Assembly: GCA_902561585.1 (NCBI GenBank)
Contig: CACEQK010000003.1
Location: 1,645-65,644 of the forward strand
Direction: 5' to 3'
DNA from: an uncultured Pelagibacteraceae bacterium
Lineage (GTDB): Bacteria; Pseudomonadota; Alphaproteobacteria; Pelagibacterales; Pelagibacteraceae
DNA length: 64,000 nt
Of this stretch, positions 1 to 8,653 are shown piece by piece; position 1 is the stretch's first letter; every line of letters begins with the position of its first letter. The translations under genes were made by a program, and so were the position numbers. Below the pieces are notes generated by a model. That model saw only the letters and a program-made list of their open reading frames with translations, was not told where the DNA came from and did not search any database.

Positions 1-188
1 AAATTTTTAGATTTAATCTCATCTCTAAAAGATCTCATTGACGACAAAAATAATAAAATCTTTAGTTTGTGATGCTTCTCGAAAGTACATAGGCCATAAT
101 CTTCAGCCATGAAAAAAGTATGATCTTTAAAATCATTTAAGTATTTCGGTGAAAATAATTGATTTCCAAGTAATAAAAAAAGCTTCAT
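1..188 (-). CDS. Cryptochrome/photolyase-related protein (DPRP/CryB-PhrB-like), N-terminal part; runs off the window edge
   Basis: Hand translation from ATG at 188: MKLFLLLGNQLFSPKYL...MAEDYGLCTFEKHHKLKILLFLSSMRSFRDE. LGNQL and HHKxKI..FLSSMR are typical of this N-terminus. Not in the ORF track. Confidence 0.8.
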   Translation of the reverse strand, partial: MKLFLLLGNQLFSPKYLNDFKDHTFFMAEDYGLCTFEKHHKLKILLFLSSMRSFRDEIKSKN

Positions 189-272
189 ATATAGTAAATT
201 ACACCTTTTATTAAGTTATTACACGCGTCATTATTTGCATTTAATTCATAGTTAATAGTGTTATTTTTAAAT

Positions 273-983
273 ATGAAAAAAGTAATATTAGGTGCAACCG
301 GATCAATTGGATCCTCACTTGCAAAAAAACTTGTAAAGTCAGGGGAACAAGTACATTTAGCAGGAAGAGACGAAGCTAGTTTATCAGAGTTAGCAAACGA
401 ACTTAATTCTACGTTTACAACGTGTGATGTTTTAGAAGAAAATTTTTCTGAAAAAATAGTTAATGATCTTAAAGACGAACAGGTGAATGGCTTAGCTTAT
501 TGTGTTGGATCAATAGACCTTAAACCTCTGAAGCTTACTAAGAAAAGTGATTTTATGCAGTCATTCAATCTTAATTTAGTTTCTGCAACAGAAATTATTA
601 AATCTTTAGCTGATAATTTAAAAGCAAGCAAAGGGTCGATTGTTTTGTTCTCAACAGTAGCTGTACAACAAGGTTTTCCAAACCATGCCATAGTTTCATC
701 TGCAAAAGGAGCAGTTGAAGGTTTAACTCTAGCTCTTGCTGCTGAATATGCTCCAAACATTAGAGTAAATTGTATTGCTCCAAGTTTGACTAATTCAAAA
801 ATATCAAATTTTTTACTTAAAAACGAGAAGATGGCTGAGAGTATTGCTAAAATGCATCCACTAAAAAGAATTGGAGAAGGAGAGGACTCTGCATCTGTGG
901 CAAAGTTTCTTCTATCAGATGAAAGCTCTTGGATTACAGGTCAAATCTTTGGTGTTGATGGAGGAAGATCATCTGTCGCATAA
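273..983 (+). CDS. SDR-family oxidoreductase
   Basis: GATGSIG Rossmann motif, IRVNCIAPSLT and ITGQIFGVDGG C-terminus. ATG at 273 is more likely than GTG at 258. Confidence 0.85.
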   Translation: MKKVILGATGSIGSSLAKKLVKSGEQVHLAGRDEASLSELANELNSTFTTCDVLEENFSEKIVNDLKDEQVNGLAYCVGSIDLKPLKLTKKSDFMQSFNLNLVSATEIIKSLADNLKASKGSIVLFSTVAVQQGFPNHAIVSSAKGAVEGLTLALAAEYAPNIRVNCIAPSLTNSKISNFLLKNEKMAESIAKMHPLKRIGEGEDSASVAKFLLSDESSWITGQIFGVDGGRSSVA

Positions 984-1014
984 CAATTATTGTTTAAATA
1001 TTTAAATTATTATT

Positions 1015-1500
1015 GTGAAAAAAATTACAATTTTATTAATCACTTTATTTTTAAGTACTAGTCTTATGGCTGCCGGAAGTGATAGTAGCAGCGATACTTC
1101 AAAAGATTCTTTGTACGATGATGCCGTGAAATTGGTAAAAAGAGCTGGTAAGCTTGAGAAAAAAGAAAAGTTAGATAAAGCTAAGAAGCTCTACGCACAA
1201 GCTTTCTCTAAATTAGAAAAGGCTTATAAATCAGATAAAAAAAATCCAGATATTTTAAACTATATGGGATTCACAACTAGAAAAGTTGGAAATTTTGACC
1301 AAGCTGAAAAATTTTACTTAGAAGGTTTAAAAATCAAACCTAATCATAATGGAATTAACGAATACTTGGGTGAACTTTATGTACAAACAAATCGTATAGA
1401 TAAAGCTAACGAGAGATTAGCAGTTCTTAAAAATTGCAATTGTGATGAGTATACTGAGCTCCAGTTAATTATAAAAAATAAAGGCGTTAAAATCTATTAA
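1015..1500 (+). CDS. Secreted tetratricopeptide-repeat protein
   Basis: Signal peptide-like N-terminus; TPR pattern NPDILNYMGF...AEKFY...PNHNGINEYLGELY. Confidence 0.75.
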   Translation: MKKITILLITLFLSTSLMAAGSDSSSDTSKDSLYDDAVKLVKRAGKLEKKEKLDKAKKLYAQAFSKLEKAYKSDKKNPDILNYMGFTTRKVGNFDQAEKFYLEGLKIKPNHNGINEYLGELYVQTNRIDKANERLAVLKNCNCDEYTELQLIIKNKGVKIY

Positions 1501-1874
1501 GATAAATCTAAAGCAAATTTCTTTAATTTTTCAATCGGAATAAGATCTAATGTTTTAACGTTAGTTTTTTTTAAGTATACTTGACAGGCAGCTCCTTCCT
1601 CAATAGCTCTAGCGTACCAAGAAGCACATACACACCAAGAGTCTCCATCTTTTAAACCTGGAAATCCTAATTCAGGATGAGGTGTAATTAAATCATTGCC
1701 AACTTTTTTAGACCATTGTAAAAATTCATCTGTTACTTTTGCGCAAACAGTATGTAATCCACGATCGTTTTTATCTGTATTGCAACATCCATCTCTAAAC
1801 CATCCAGTTAAAGGGTCATTTGAACAGGGTTCAAGAGGTTCTCCAAAAACGTTTTTTTGAGTTTCTTCACTCAT
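1497..1874 (-). CDS. DUF2237-family protein
   Basis: NVFGEPLEPCSNDPLTGWFRDGCC...HTVCA...FPGLKDGDSWCVCA signature. Confidence 0.85.
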   Translation of the reverse strand: MSEETQKNVFGEPLEPCSNDPLTGWFRDGCCNTDKNDRGLHTVCAKVTDEFLQWSKKVGNDLITPHPELGFPGLKDGDSWCVCASWYARAIEEGAACQVYLKKTNVKTLDLIPIEKLKKFALDLS

Positions 1875-2479
1875 TTGCTAAATACATTTGCGATTTTTTT
1901 ATCAATTTCTAAATTAAAAGAAAAAGATCTTCTCTCTCCTTTAGTTTTAAATGGATAAGCAGTATGCATCAAATAATGAGGGAACAATATCATATCGCCT
2001 ACTTTTGGCTGATGATTAAAAATGCATTCACTCAGAAGCATTCTATTTCCATTAATAAAGTCTATTGAGCCATCAGTTTGAGTATGTTTTTTATTTTTAG
2101 GAATAAATTTAGGTATCTTTAAGTAACCAACTCCTGAAATATGTCCATCATGAAAGTGAACAGGATTATATTCATCATTAAATTGACGAACTACCCAGAA
2201 ATTTTTTATTTTAATTTTAGATATTTTTTTTCCCAAACTTTTAAAAATATAATCTTTAACTGCTTTATACAAAATTTTTTCCAGATTTTTTTTAATAAAA
2301 ATTTTTGGTAATTGAAATTCTTGCTTCACTTGTCCGACTAGTTTTTTTGAATAATCTAATTTTTTTAACAAATTTTTTTTTGAGATAATTTTATCAACTT
2401 CAATATTTATTTTTTTAATTGAACTTTTTGATAGTTTAAGAATTGCAATTTTAGGACCAAAGGGACTTAAAACTTTCAT
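1871..2479 (-). CDS. Putative 2OG-Fe(II) oxygenase
   Basis: YNPVHFH...ISGVGYL...LFPHYLMH..YPF...RRSFSFN pattern. Confidence 0.7.
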   Translation of the reverse strand: MKVLSPFGPKIAILKLSKSSIKKINIEVDKIISKKNLLKKLDYSKKLVGQVKQEFQLPKIFIKKNLEKILYKAVKDYIFKSLGKKISKIKIKNFWVVRQFNDEYNPVHFHDGHISGVGYLKIPKFIPKNKKHTQTDGSIDFINGNRMLLSECIFNHQPKVGDMILFPHYLMHTAYPFKTKGERRSFSFNLEIDKKIANVFSK

Positions 2480-2481
2480 AT

Positions 2482-2949
2482 TTATAATTTTGTAGGATTA
2501 GGCTGACCTTTATAAACTTCTTCAGGATCGAATTTTTTTTTCTTTTCCTTGAAATCTAGCTCAATTTCTTCAGCGTTTTTAATTGGCCCCAAAGGTATTG
2601 AACGATAAAAACAAGACTTGTACCCAACATGGCAACTCGCACCATTCCCAATATCTACTGACATCCATAAAGAATCCTGATCATCATCAATTCTTAAATC
2701 AATTACTTTTTGAACAAACCCACTCGTTTTACCTTTATGCCATAAAGCTTTTTTTGATCTACTCCAATAATGAGCTTCTTTTGTCTCGATAGTTTTTTTT
2801 AAAGCTTCTGCATTCATGTATCCATGCATCAAAAGTTCTCCAGAACTACTATCTGAAGTGGTCACAGGAATTAGACCATTGCCATCAAATTTTGGAGAAA
2901 GAAATTTTCCTTCCTCAACTTCAAATACATTTTCTCTTTTTTTAAACAT
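2482..2949 (-). CDS. hisI: Phosphoribosyl-AMP cyclohydrolase
   Basis: YWSRS...LWHKGKTSG..Q...DDDQD...ASCHVGYKSCF; likely start is ATG at 2949. Confidence 0.92.
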   Translation of the reverse strand: MFKKRENVFEVEEGKFLSPKFDGNGLIPVTTSDSSSGELLMHGYMNAEALKKTIETKEAHYWSRSKKALWHKGKTSGFVQKVIDLRIDDDQDSLWMSVDIGNGASCHVGYKSCFYRSIPLGPIKNAEEIELDFKEKKKKFDPEEVYKGQPNPTKL

Positions 2950-3023
2950 GACAGTAAAATAGTGAAAAAAAGACAAAATAGCAATTTGCAATAATTAACC
3001 ATGTCCTATAGAAACAATATAGT

Positions 3024-3632
3024 ATGAAATTAGTTAAAGACGTAAATAAAGAGTCATCAAATAAACCTCAAGTCAGCGATAAAGAGGCTGAAGAGGCAAT
3101 AAAAAAATTATTAGCTTGGATTGGCGAAGATCCAAGCAGAGAAGGATTACAAGAGACCCCGAAAAGAGTTATAAAAGCATTTAAAGAGTATTTTAAAGGC
3201 TATCATCAAAACGCAGAAGAAGACTTATCCAAGACTTTCGGGGACGTTGAAGGTTACGATGATATGGTAATTGAAAAAAATATAACTTTAGAAAGTCATT
3301 GTGAGCATCATATGGCTCCAATAATAGGCGTTGCTCATGTTTCTTATATTCCAAATAAAAAAGTTGTAGGTCTAAGCAAATTGGCTAGAACAGTTGAAAT
3401 TTTTTCAAAACGACTGCAAACACAAGAGAGATTGACAATGCAAATTGCAAAAACACTTATGAGCGCATTAGATGCAAAGGGTGTAGCAGTTACAATTGAT
3501 GCAGCTCATCAATGCATGACTATGCGAGGCATAAAAAAAGAGAAAGCAACAACTGTTACTAATTATTTTTTAGGTTCCTTTAAAGAAGATTTAAGTATTC
3601 AAAATAGATACCTAAAATATATTGAAAAATAG
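3024..3632 (+). CDS. folE: GTP cyclohydrolase I
   Basis: REGLQETPKRV, SHCEHH, GLSKLAR, RLQTQERLT, HQCMTMRG. Confidence 0.96.
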   Translation: MKLVKDVNKESSNKPQVSDKEAEEAIKKLLAWIGEDPSREGLQETPKRVIKAFKEYFKGYHQNAEEDLSKTFGDVEGYDDMVIEKNITLESHCEHHMAPIIGVAHVSYIPNKKVVGLSKLARTVEIFSKRLQTQERLTMQIAKTLMSALDAKGVAVTIDAAHQCMTMRGIKKEKATTVTNYFLGSFKEDLSIQNRYLKYIEK

Positions 3633-4634
3633 ATGTCTGATAAATTCAAAGCTATTGTTATTGATAATCAAAACGAAAAATTCACAAGAGAAATCAAAGA
3701 AATAGATAAAAGCCAATTAAAAAATGGAAATGTATTAGTTAAAGTTGACTTCTCAAGCTTAAATTACAAAGATGCTCTGATTTTAAATGATGGAGGAAAG
3801 ATTGTAAGAAAATTTCCTTTTGTTCCGGGAATAGATTTTTCAGGAACAGTTGTAGAGAGCGAAGATAGTAAATTTACAAAAGATGATAGAGTAATTCTTA
3901 CAGGATTTAGAGTAGGAGAAGCATATTTTGGAGGGTTTTCCCAATACGCAAAAGTTGACTCAAATTTTTTAATCAAAATACCAAAAGAATTAGATGCACG
4001 TAAAGCTATGATGTTAGGTACAGCTGGTTTTACAGCTTTGCTTTGCTCGTTTGCTGTAAAAGCGAAAGAGGAATTGTTATTAGGTGAAAAAGTTAAAGAT
4101 GTTTTAGTTACTGGTGCAACAGGAGGTGTTGGAAGTATTGCTGTAATGATTTTATCAAAAATGGGATACGATGTTCATGCTGTTACAGGTAAAAAAGATA
4201 AGAACGATTATTTAAAAGACTTAGGTGCAAAAAATATTATCGACAGAAAAGAGTTTGAAGGCGAAAGTAAATTACTAGAAAAAGGAGTGTGGGACGGAGT
4301 AGTGGATACAATTGGAGGAGCTGCTTTAACTAAAATATTTGCTCAAACAAAACCTGGCGGAATAGTAGCCGCTTGCGGAAATGCTGGTGGTATCAAAATT
4401 AATACAAATGTTATGCCATTTATTATAAGAGGAGTTAAATTGTGGGGAATTGATTCGTCAGGATCATCTATAAAACGAAGAGAATTCGTTTGGGGAGAAG
4501 CGGCTAAGTTAATAGATTTTTCTAAAGTTCAATCCTTTACCAAAGAGCTTTCATTTACTGAACTTTTAGAAACTTATCCTAAACTTCTTAAGGGTGAGTT
4601 TTTTGGAAGAGCTATAGTAAATCCAAATAAATAA
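3633..4634 (+). CDS. acuI: Acryloyl-CoA reductase (AcuI/YhdH, MDR family)
   Basis: SSLNYKDAL, VPGIDFSG, GTAGFTA, VTGATGGVGS, PFIIRGVKLWGIDS. Confidence 0.85.
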   Translation: MSDKFKAIVIDNQNEKFTREIKEIDKSQLKNGNVLVKVDFSSLNYKDALILNDGGKIVRKFPFVPGIDFSGTVVESEDSKFTKDDRVILTGFRVGEAYFGGFSQYAKVDSNFLIKIPKELDARKAMMLGTAGFTALLCSFAVKAKEELLLGEKVKDVLVTGATGGVGSIAVMILSKMGYDVHAVTGKKDKNDYLKDLGAKNIIDRKEFEGESKLLEKGVWDGVVDTIGGAALTKIFAQTKPGGIVAACGNAGGIKINTNVMPFIIRGVKLWGIDSSGSSIKRREFVWGEAAKLIDFSKVQSFTKELSFTELLETYPKLLKGEFFGRAIVNPNK

Positions 4635-4653
4635 TTTATGATTAACTTTATCT

Positions 4654-5544
4654 ATGGATTGGGATAAATTAAAAATTTTTCATACTGTTGCTGAGGCCTC
4701 AAGTTTTACTAAAGCCTCTACTATATTAAATTTAAGCCAGTCAGCTATAAGCCGCCAGATTCAAGCATTAGAGAGTGATTTAAAAGTTCAACTTTTTGAA
4801 AGACATGCAAGAGGTTTAGTTTTGACTGAAAATGGTGAATACCTCTACAAATCAGCACATGAGATCATTTCAAAATTAAAAGATGTTGAGTCTAATCTTA
4901 GCGGACACAAAGATAAGCTAAATGGAAAACTAACAGTTACCACAGTAGTAAGTTTTGGCACTACTTGGCTTACACCTAGAATTAAAGAATTTATGGATTT
5001 ACATCCAGATATTGAAATTGAATTAATTTTTGATGATAAAGAACTTGATTTAAGTACGCGAGAGGCAGATGTAGCGATAAGAATGAGAAGACCAAAACAA
5101 TTAAATTTAATTCAAAAAAAGTTCGTTGATTTTAATTATCATATTTACGGTTCAAATGATTACTTGCAAAAAAATGGATATCCAAAAACTTTAAAGGATT
5201 TAGATAAACATAAATTTATTACTTACGGAAAAGGAGCTCCATCTCCAGTTTATAATCCTGACTGGGTTTTAAAGCATGGTGTTAAAGATGGTAAAAAAAG
5301 AAAATCAATTATGAAAGTTAATAGTGTTTATGGATTATTATTAGCTGTACAAAGTGGAGTTGGTTTAGCCGCTTTACCAGATTACATTGCTCATAACGTA
5401 AGCAATATAACTAAAGTTTTACCTGAGGAAGCAGGTAAACCTACCGAAACACATTTTGTTTATCCCTCATCTTTAAAGAGTAATGCAAGATTGATGGCTT
5501 TTAGAAACTTTATATTTACAAAGGTTAATGAATGGAAATTTTAA
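4654..5544 (+). CDS. LysR-family regulator, VtlR/LsrB-like
   Basis: MDWDKLKIFH..AEASSFT...LSQSAISRQ...LFERHARGL; ends ...EWKF, like alphaproteobacterial LsrB/VtlR. Confidence 0.85.
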   Translation: MDWDKLKIFHTVAEASSFTKASTILNLSQSAISRQIQALESDLKVQLFERHARGLVLTENGEYLYKSAHEIISKLKDVESNLSGHKDKLNGKLTVTTVVSFGTTWLTPRIKEFMDLHPDIEIELIFDDKELDLSTREADVAIRMRRPKQLNLIQKKFVDFNYHIYGSNDYLQKNGYPKTLKDLDKHKFITYGKGAPSPVYNPDWVLKHGVKDGKKRKSIMKVNSVYGLLLAVQSGVGLAALPDYIAHNVSNITKVLPEEAGKPTETHFVYPSSLKSNARLMAFRNFIFTKVNEWKF

Positions 5545-6650
5545 TTTCTTTTATAATCCCGTTTATAATTTTATTAACCATTGTTGTTTTCATTCATGAA
5601 TATGGACACTATTATTTTGCGAAAAAATATGGTGTTGGTGTGACAGATTTTTCTATAGGTTTTGGCAAAGAGATATTTGGTTTTAACGATAAATCAGGTA
5701 CCAGGTGGAAATTTTGCGCAATACCTTTAGGTGGATACGTAAAATTTTTTGGCGATAGAAATGTTTTTAGTCAAGCAGAACAAGAAGAGCTTTTAAAAGA
5801 GTATAATGAGGGAGATAGAAAAAAACTATTTGTTGTAAAACCACTCTATCAAAGGTCCTTAATTGTAGCCGCAGGACCTTTTGCTAATTTTTTACTTGCT
5901 ATAGTGATTTTTGCTTTTATTTATATGTTTGCAGGTAAGGATTTTACGCCTGCATTAATCCAAGATGTACAGTCCGAAAGCCCTGCTTATGTTGCGGGCA
6001 TTAAATCAGGTGATGTAATCCAATCGATAAATCAAAGAGAAGTTAAAAGTATTATGGAGGTTTCTACTTTTATAAATGCCTCATCCTCAGAAACTATTGA
6101 TATAAAGGTTTTAAGAAACGGTAATGAAATATCTTTAAAAGTTAAGCCAAAATTTATTAAGGGAGAAGACTCGCTTGGAAATCAAATTAACAAGAAGATT
6201 ATTGGAATAAAAGTTGCACCTTTGAACGAAGAGATAAATAGGCAAAAATTGGGCCCAGCTACAGCATTATATTATGCAGTTAAAGAAACTTGGTTTGTTA
6301 TTGAAGCATCATGGGAATTTGTAATTTCTATGTTTAAAGGAACAGGGGATACCTCTCAATTAGGAGGTCCAATTAAAATTGCTAAAATAACTGGACAGGT
6401 TGCAAAGTTTGGAATTGTCGCCTTTCTAAGTATTATGGCTTATATTTCTATAAGCTTAGGGTTTATAAATCTTTTACCAATACCAATGTTAGACGGCGGA
6501 CATCTAATGTTTTACACATTTGAGAAGATTTTAGGTCGTCCTTTAACTCAAAAAACGCAAGAAGGTTTTTTCCGAATCGGGTTATTTTTACTACTTTCTC
6601 TAATGTTTTTCACAACATTTAATGACCTTAAAGATTTAGGCTTATTTTAA
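5532..6650 (+). CDS. rseP: RIP metalloprotease RseP
   Basis: HEYGH zinc motif, IPLGGYVK, PDZ region, NLLPIPMLDGGH. Confidence 0.93.
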   Translation: MEILISFIIPFIILLTIVVFIHEYGHYYFAKKYGVGVTDFSIGFGKEIFGFNDKSGTRWKFCAIPLGGYVKFFGDRNVFSQAEQEELLKEYNEGDRKKLFVVKPLYQRSLIVAAGPFANFLLAIVIFAFIYMFAGKDFTPALIQDVQSESPAYVAGIKSGDVIQSINQREVKSIMEVSTFINASSSETIDIKVLRNGNEISLKVKPKFIKGEDSLGNQINKKIIGIKVAPLNEEINRQKLGPATALYYAVKETWFVIEASWEFVISMFKGTGDTSQLGGPIKIAKITGQVAKFGIVAFLSIMAYISISLGFINLLPIPMLDGGHLMFYTFEKILGRPLTQKTQEGFFRIGLFLLLSLMFFTTFNDLKDLGLF

Positions 6651-6660
6651 GCCATTTTTT

Positions 6661-6767
6661 TTCATCAAAAAAGTCAATAAATTCAATGCTTTTAAGCATA
6701 CAAGATGTTGTGTTAACATTTATGTGAAACACTAAAAAAATGTTGATTTTATTGGTTTTTTGTTGAA
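6661..6767. repeat. Long imperfect inverted repeat upstream of the HU gene
   Basis: TTCATCAAAAAAGTCAATAAATTCAATG (6661-6688) pairs with TGTTGATTTTATTGGTTTTTTGTTGAA (6741-6767); an inner hairpin ATGTTG-TGT-TAACAT lies between. Confidence 0.55.
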
Positions 6768-6796
6768 ATTAGAAATTAACCAAAAAGGGGCATAAA

Positions 6797-7072
6797 ATGA
6801 ATAAAAAACAACTAGTAGCAAAAATATCGTCTACTTTGGGTCAAAGTAAAGCTGATGCTGAAAGAACTTTTGATTCAATAACGACAATTATTTTAGATGC
6901 GTTAAAGAATGACGATACTGTTAAAATAGCTGGTTTTGGTACTTATAAAGTAGCAAAAAGAAAAGCTAGAGTGGGCAGAAACCCAAGAACGGGTGAGTCA
7001 ATTCAAATTGCTGCATCACAAAAAGTTAAGTTTTTACCTGCGAAAAGCTTAAAAGAAATGTTTAATCGATAA
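6797..7072 (+). CDS. hup: HU DNA-binding protein
   Basis: MNKKQL...GFGTY..AKRKARVGRNPRTGE..I.AS..VKF. Confidence 0.95.
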   Translation: MNKKQLVAKISSTLGQSKADAERTFDSITTIILDALKNDDTVKIAGFGTYKVAKRKARVGRNPRTGESIQIAASQKVKFLPAKSLKEMFNR

Positions 7073-7078
7073 ACGTTT

Positions 7079-7117
7079 ATTTAGCCCTTGTTTGATAATA
7101 TCAAATAAGGGCTAAAT
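7079..7117 (+). terminator. Intrinsic terminator-like hairpin after HU
   Basis: TTTAGCCCTTGTTTGAT-AAT-ATCAAATAAGGGCTAAA. Confidence 0.8.
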
Positions 7118-7206
7118 ACTTGCAAAAACTGCATAGCTCAAATTAAGACATATCATTACTAATTCAAATTTATAAATTCTATAAGGCCTTCAACAAGGGA
7201 GAACTT

Positions 7207-8499
7207 ATGAAAAAATACATTGGTTACTTTTTAGCAGGTACAGCCATTTACTTTGGTTTTGCTGGTTTAGGTTATGCCGAAACTACAGTGTCTGCAGAAG
7301 TACAATACATATTTAATACAATATTATTTTTGATGTCAGGTTTCTTGGTCATGTGGATGGCCGCAGGTTTTGCAATGTTAGAGTCAGGTCTAGTAACATC
7401 AAAGTCTGTATCAGCAATCTGCGCGAAAAATATAGGTCTTTATTCAATCGCTGGAGTAATGTTCTGGCTGGTTGGTTATAATTTAGCTTACGGTATACCA
7501 GAAGGTGGATATATCGGTACATTTACGCCATGGAGTGATGCGTCTAAACTTGAAACAGGTTATTCAGACGGATCTGATTGGTTTTTCCAAATGGTGTTCT
7601 GTGCCACTACAATGTCAATCGTCTCTGGTACTTTAGCTGAAAGAATTAAGATCTGGCCATTTTTCTTATTTGCCGCTATTTTAACTGGAATTATCTATCC
7701 AATTTCAATGGGTTGGCAGTGGGGTGGCGGTTGGTTATCTGTTGCTGGATTTTCAGACTTTGCTGGTTCAACTCTAGTACATGCTGCTGGAGGAGCTGCT
7801 GCTTTAGCCGGTGCCATTGTTCTTGGTGCTAGATCAGGCAGATTTTCAAGTAAAGGTGAAGCCAAGCCTATGGCGCCTTTTGCTGCATCATCAATTCCAT
7901 TAGCAACTTTAGGAGTATTTATACTTTGGTTAGGTTGGTTTGGATTTAATGGTGGATCACAATTAGCCGCTGGAACACTTGAAGATGTGTCTTCAGTAGC
8001 AACAATTTATATCAATACGAACTTAGCTGCAGGTGGCGGTGTATTAGCTGCTGCAACTGTATCAAGAGTGATTGGTGGTAAAACTGACGTAGTAATGATG
8101 CTAAACGGAGCGATAGCTGGATTAGTGGGTATTACAGCAGAGCCATTAACACCAAGCCCGTTAGCTGCAATCTTCATTGGTGCAATAGCTGGAGTATTAA
8201 TGTACTTCTCAACAAAACTATTGTTCAAACTGAAAATTGACGACGTAGTAGGTGCCATACCAGCACACTTAGTAGCTGGTGTATGGGGTACATTAGCAGT
8301 GCCATTAACAAACGGTGATGTTACTTTCGGAGCACAATTCCTAGGAACAATCTCAGTTGTGGTATTCGTATTCATAGTCTCGTTTATTGTTTTCCAAATT
8401 ATTAAAAATACAATTGGATTAAGAATAAGCAAAGAGGCTGAAAGACTAGGAACCGACAAAGCAGAAGTTGGTGTAATAGCTTACGGCATCAGAGACTAA
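7207..8499 (+). CDS. amtB: Ammonium transporter (Amt), copy 1
   Basis: FFQMVF, AERIK, DFAGSTLVH, GWFGFN, DDVVGAIPAH; twin-His and Phe gate intact. Confidence 0.95.
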   Translation: MKKYIGYFLAGTAIYFGFAGLGYAETTVSAEVQYIFNTILFLMSGFLVMWMAAGFAMLESGLVTSKSVSAICAKNIGLYSIAGVMFWLVGYNLAYGIPEGGYIGTFTPWSDASKLETGYSDGSDWFFQMVFCATTMSIVSGTLAERIKIWPFFLFAAILTGIIYPISMGWQWGGGWLSVAGFSDFAGSTLVHAAGGAAALAGAIVLGARSGRFSSKGEAKPMAPFAASSIPLATLGVFILWLGWFGFNGGSQLAAGTLEDVSSVATIYINTNLAAGGGVLAAATVSRVIGGKTDVVMMLNGAIAGLVGITAEPLTPSPLAAIFIGAIAGVLMYFSTKLLFKLKIDDVVGAIPAHLVAGVWGTLAVPLTNGDVTFGAQFLGTISVVVFVFIVSFIVFQIIKNTIGLRISKEAERLGTDKAEVGVIAYGIRD

Positions 8500-8576
8500 A
8501 TAAAATTCCCTCCCTCGTTAGTTGGGAAAAATTATAAGGCCTGTTTCGGTTCCCCCGTTCAGGCCTTATTTATTTT
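8500..8576 (+). terminator. Two-hairpin 3' element with C-rich loops; the second is terminator-like
   Basis: TTCCC...GGGAA hairpin, then ATAAGGCCTG (8534-43)/CAGGCCTTAT (8560-69) followed by a T-rich tail. Confidence 0.7.
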
Positions 8577-8653
8577 ACAAGTCTCGTATGCATTAAATTC
8601 ATGCTTCAAAACTCTGAAATTTGATATCAAGACTTCAAAAAAAAGGGGGAAAC

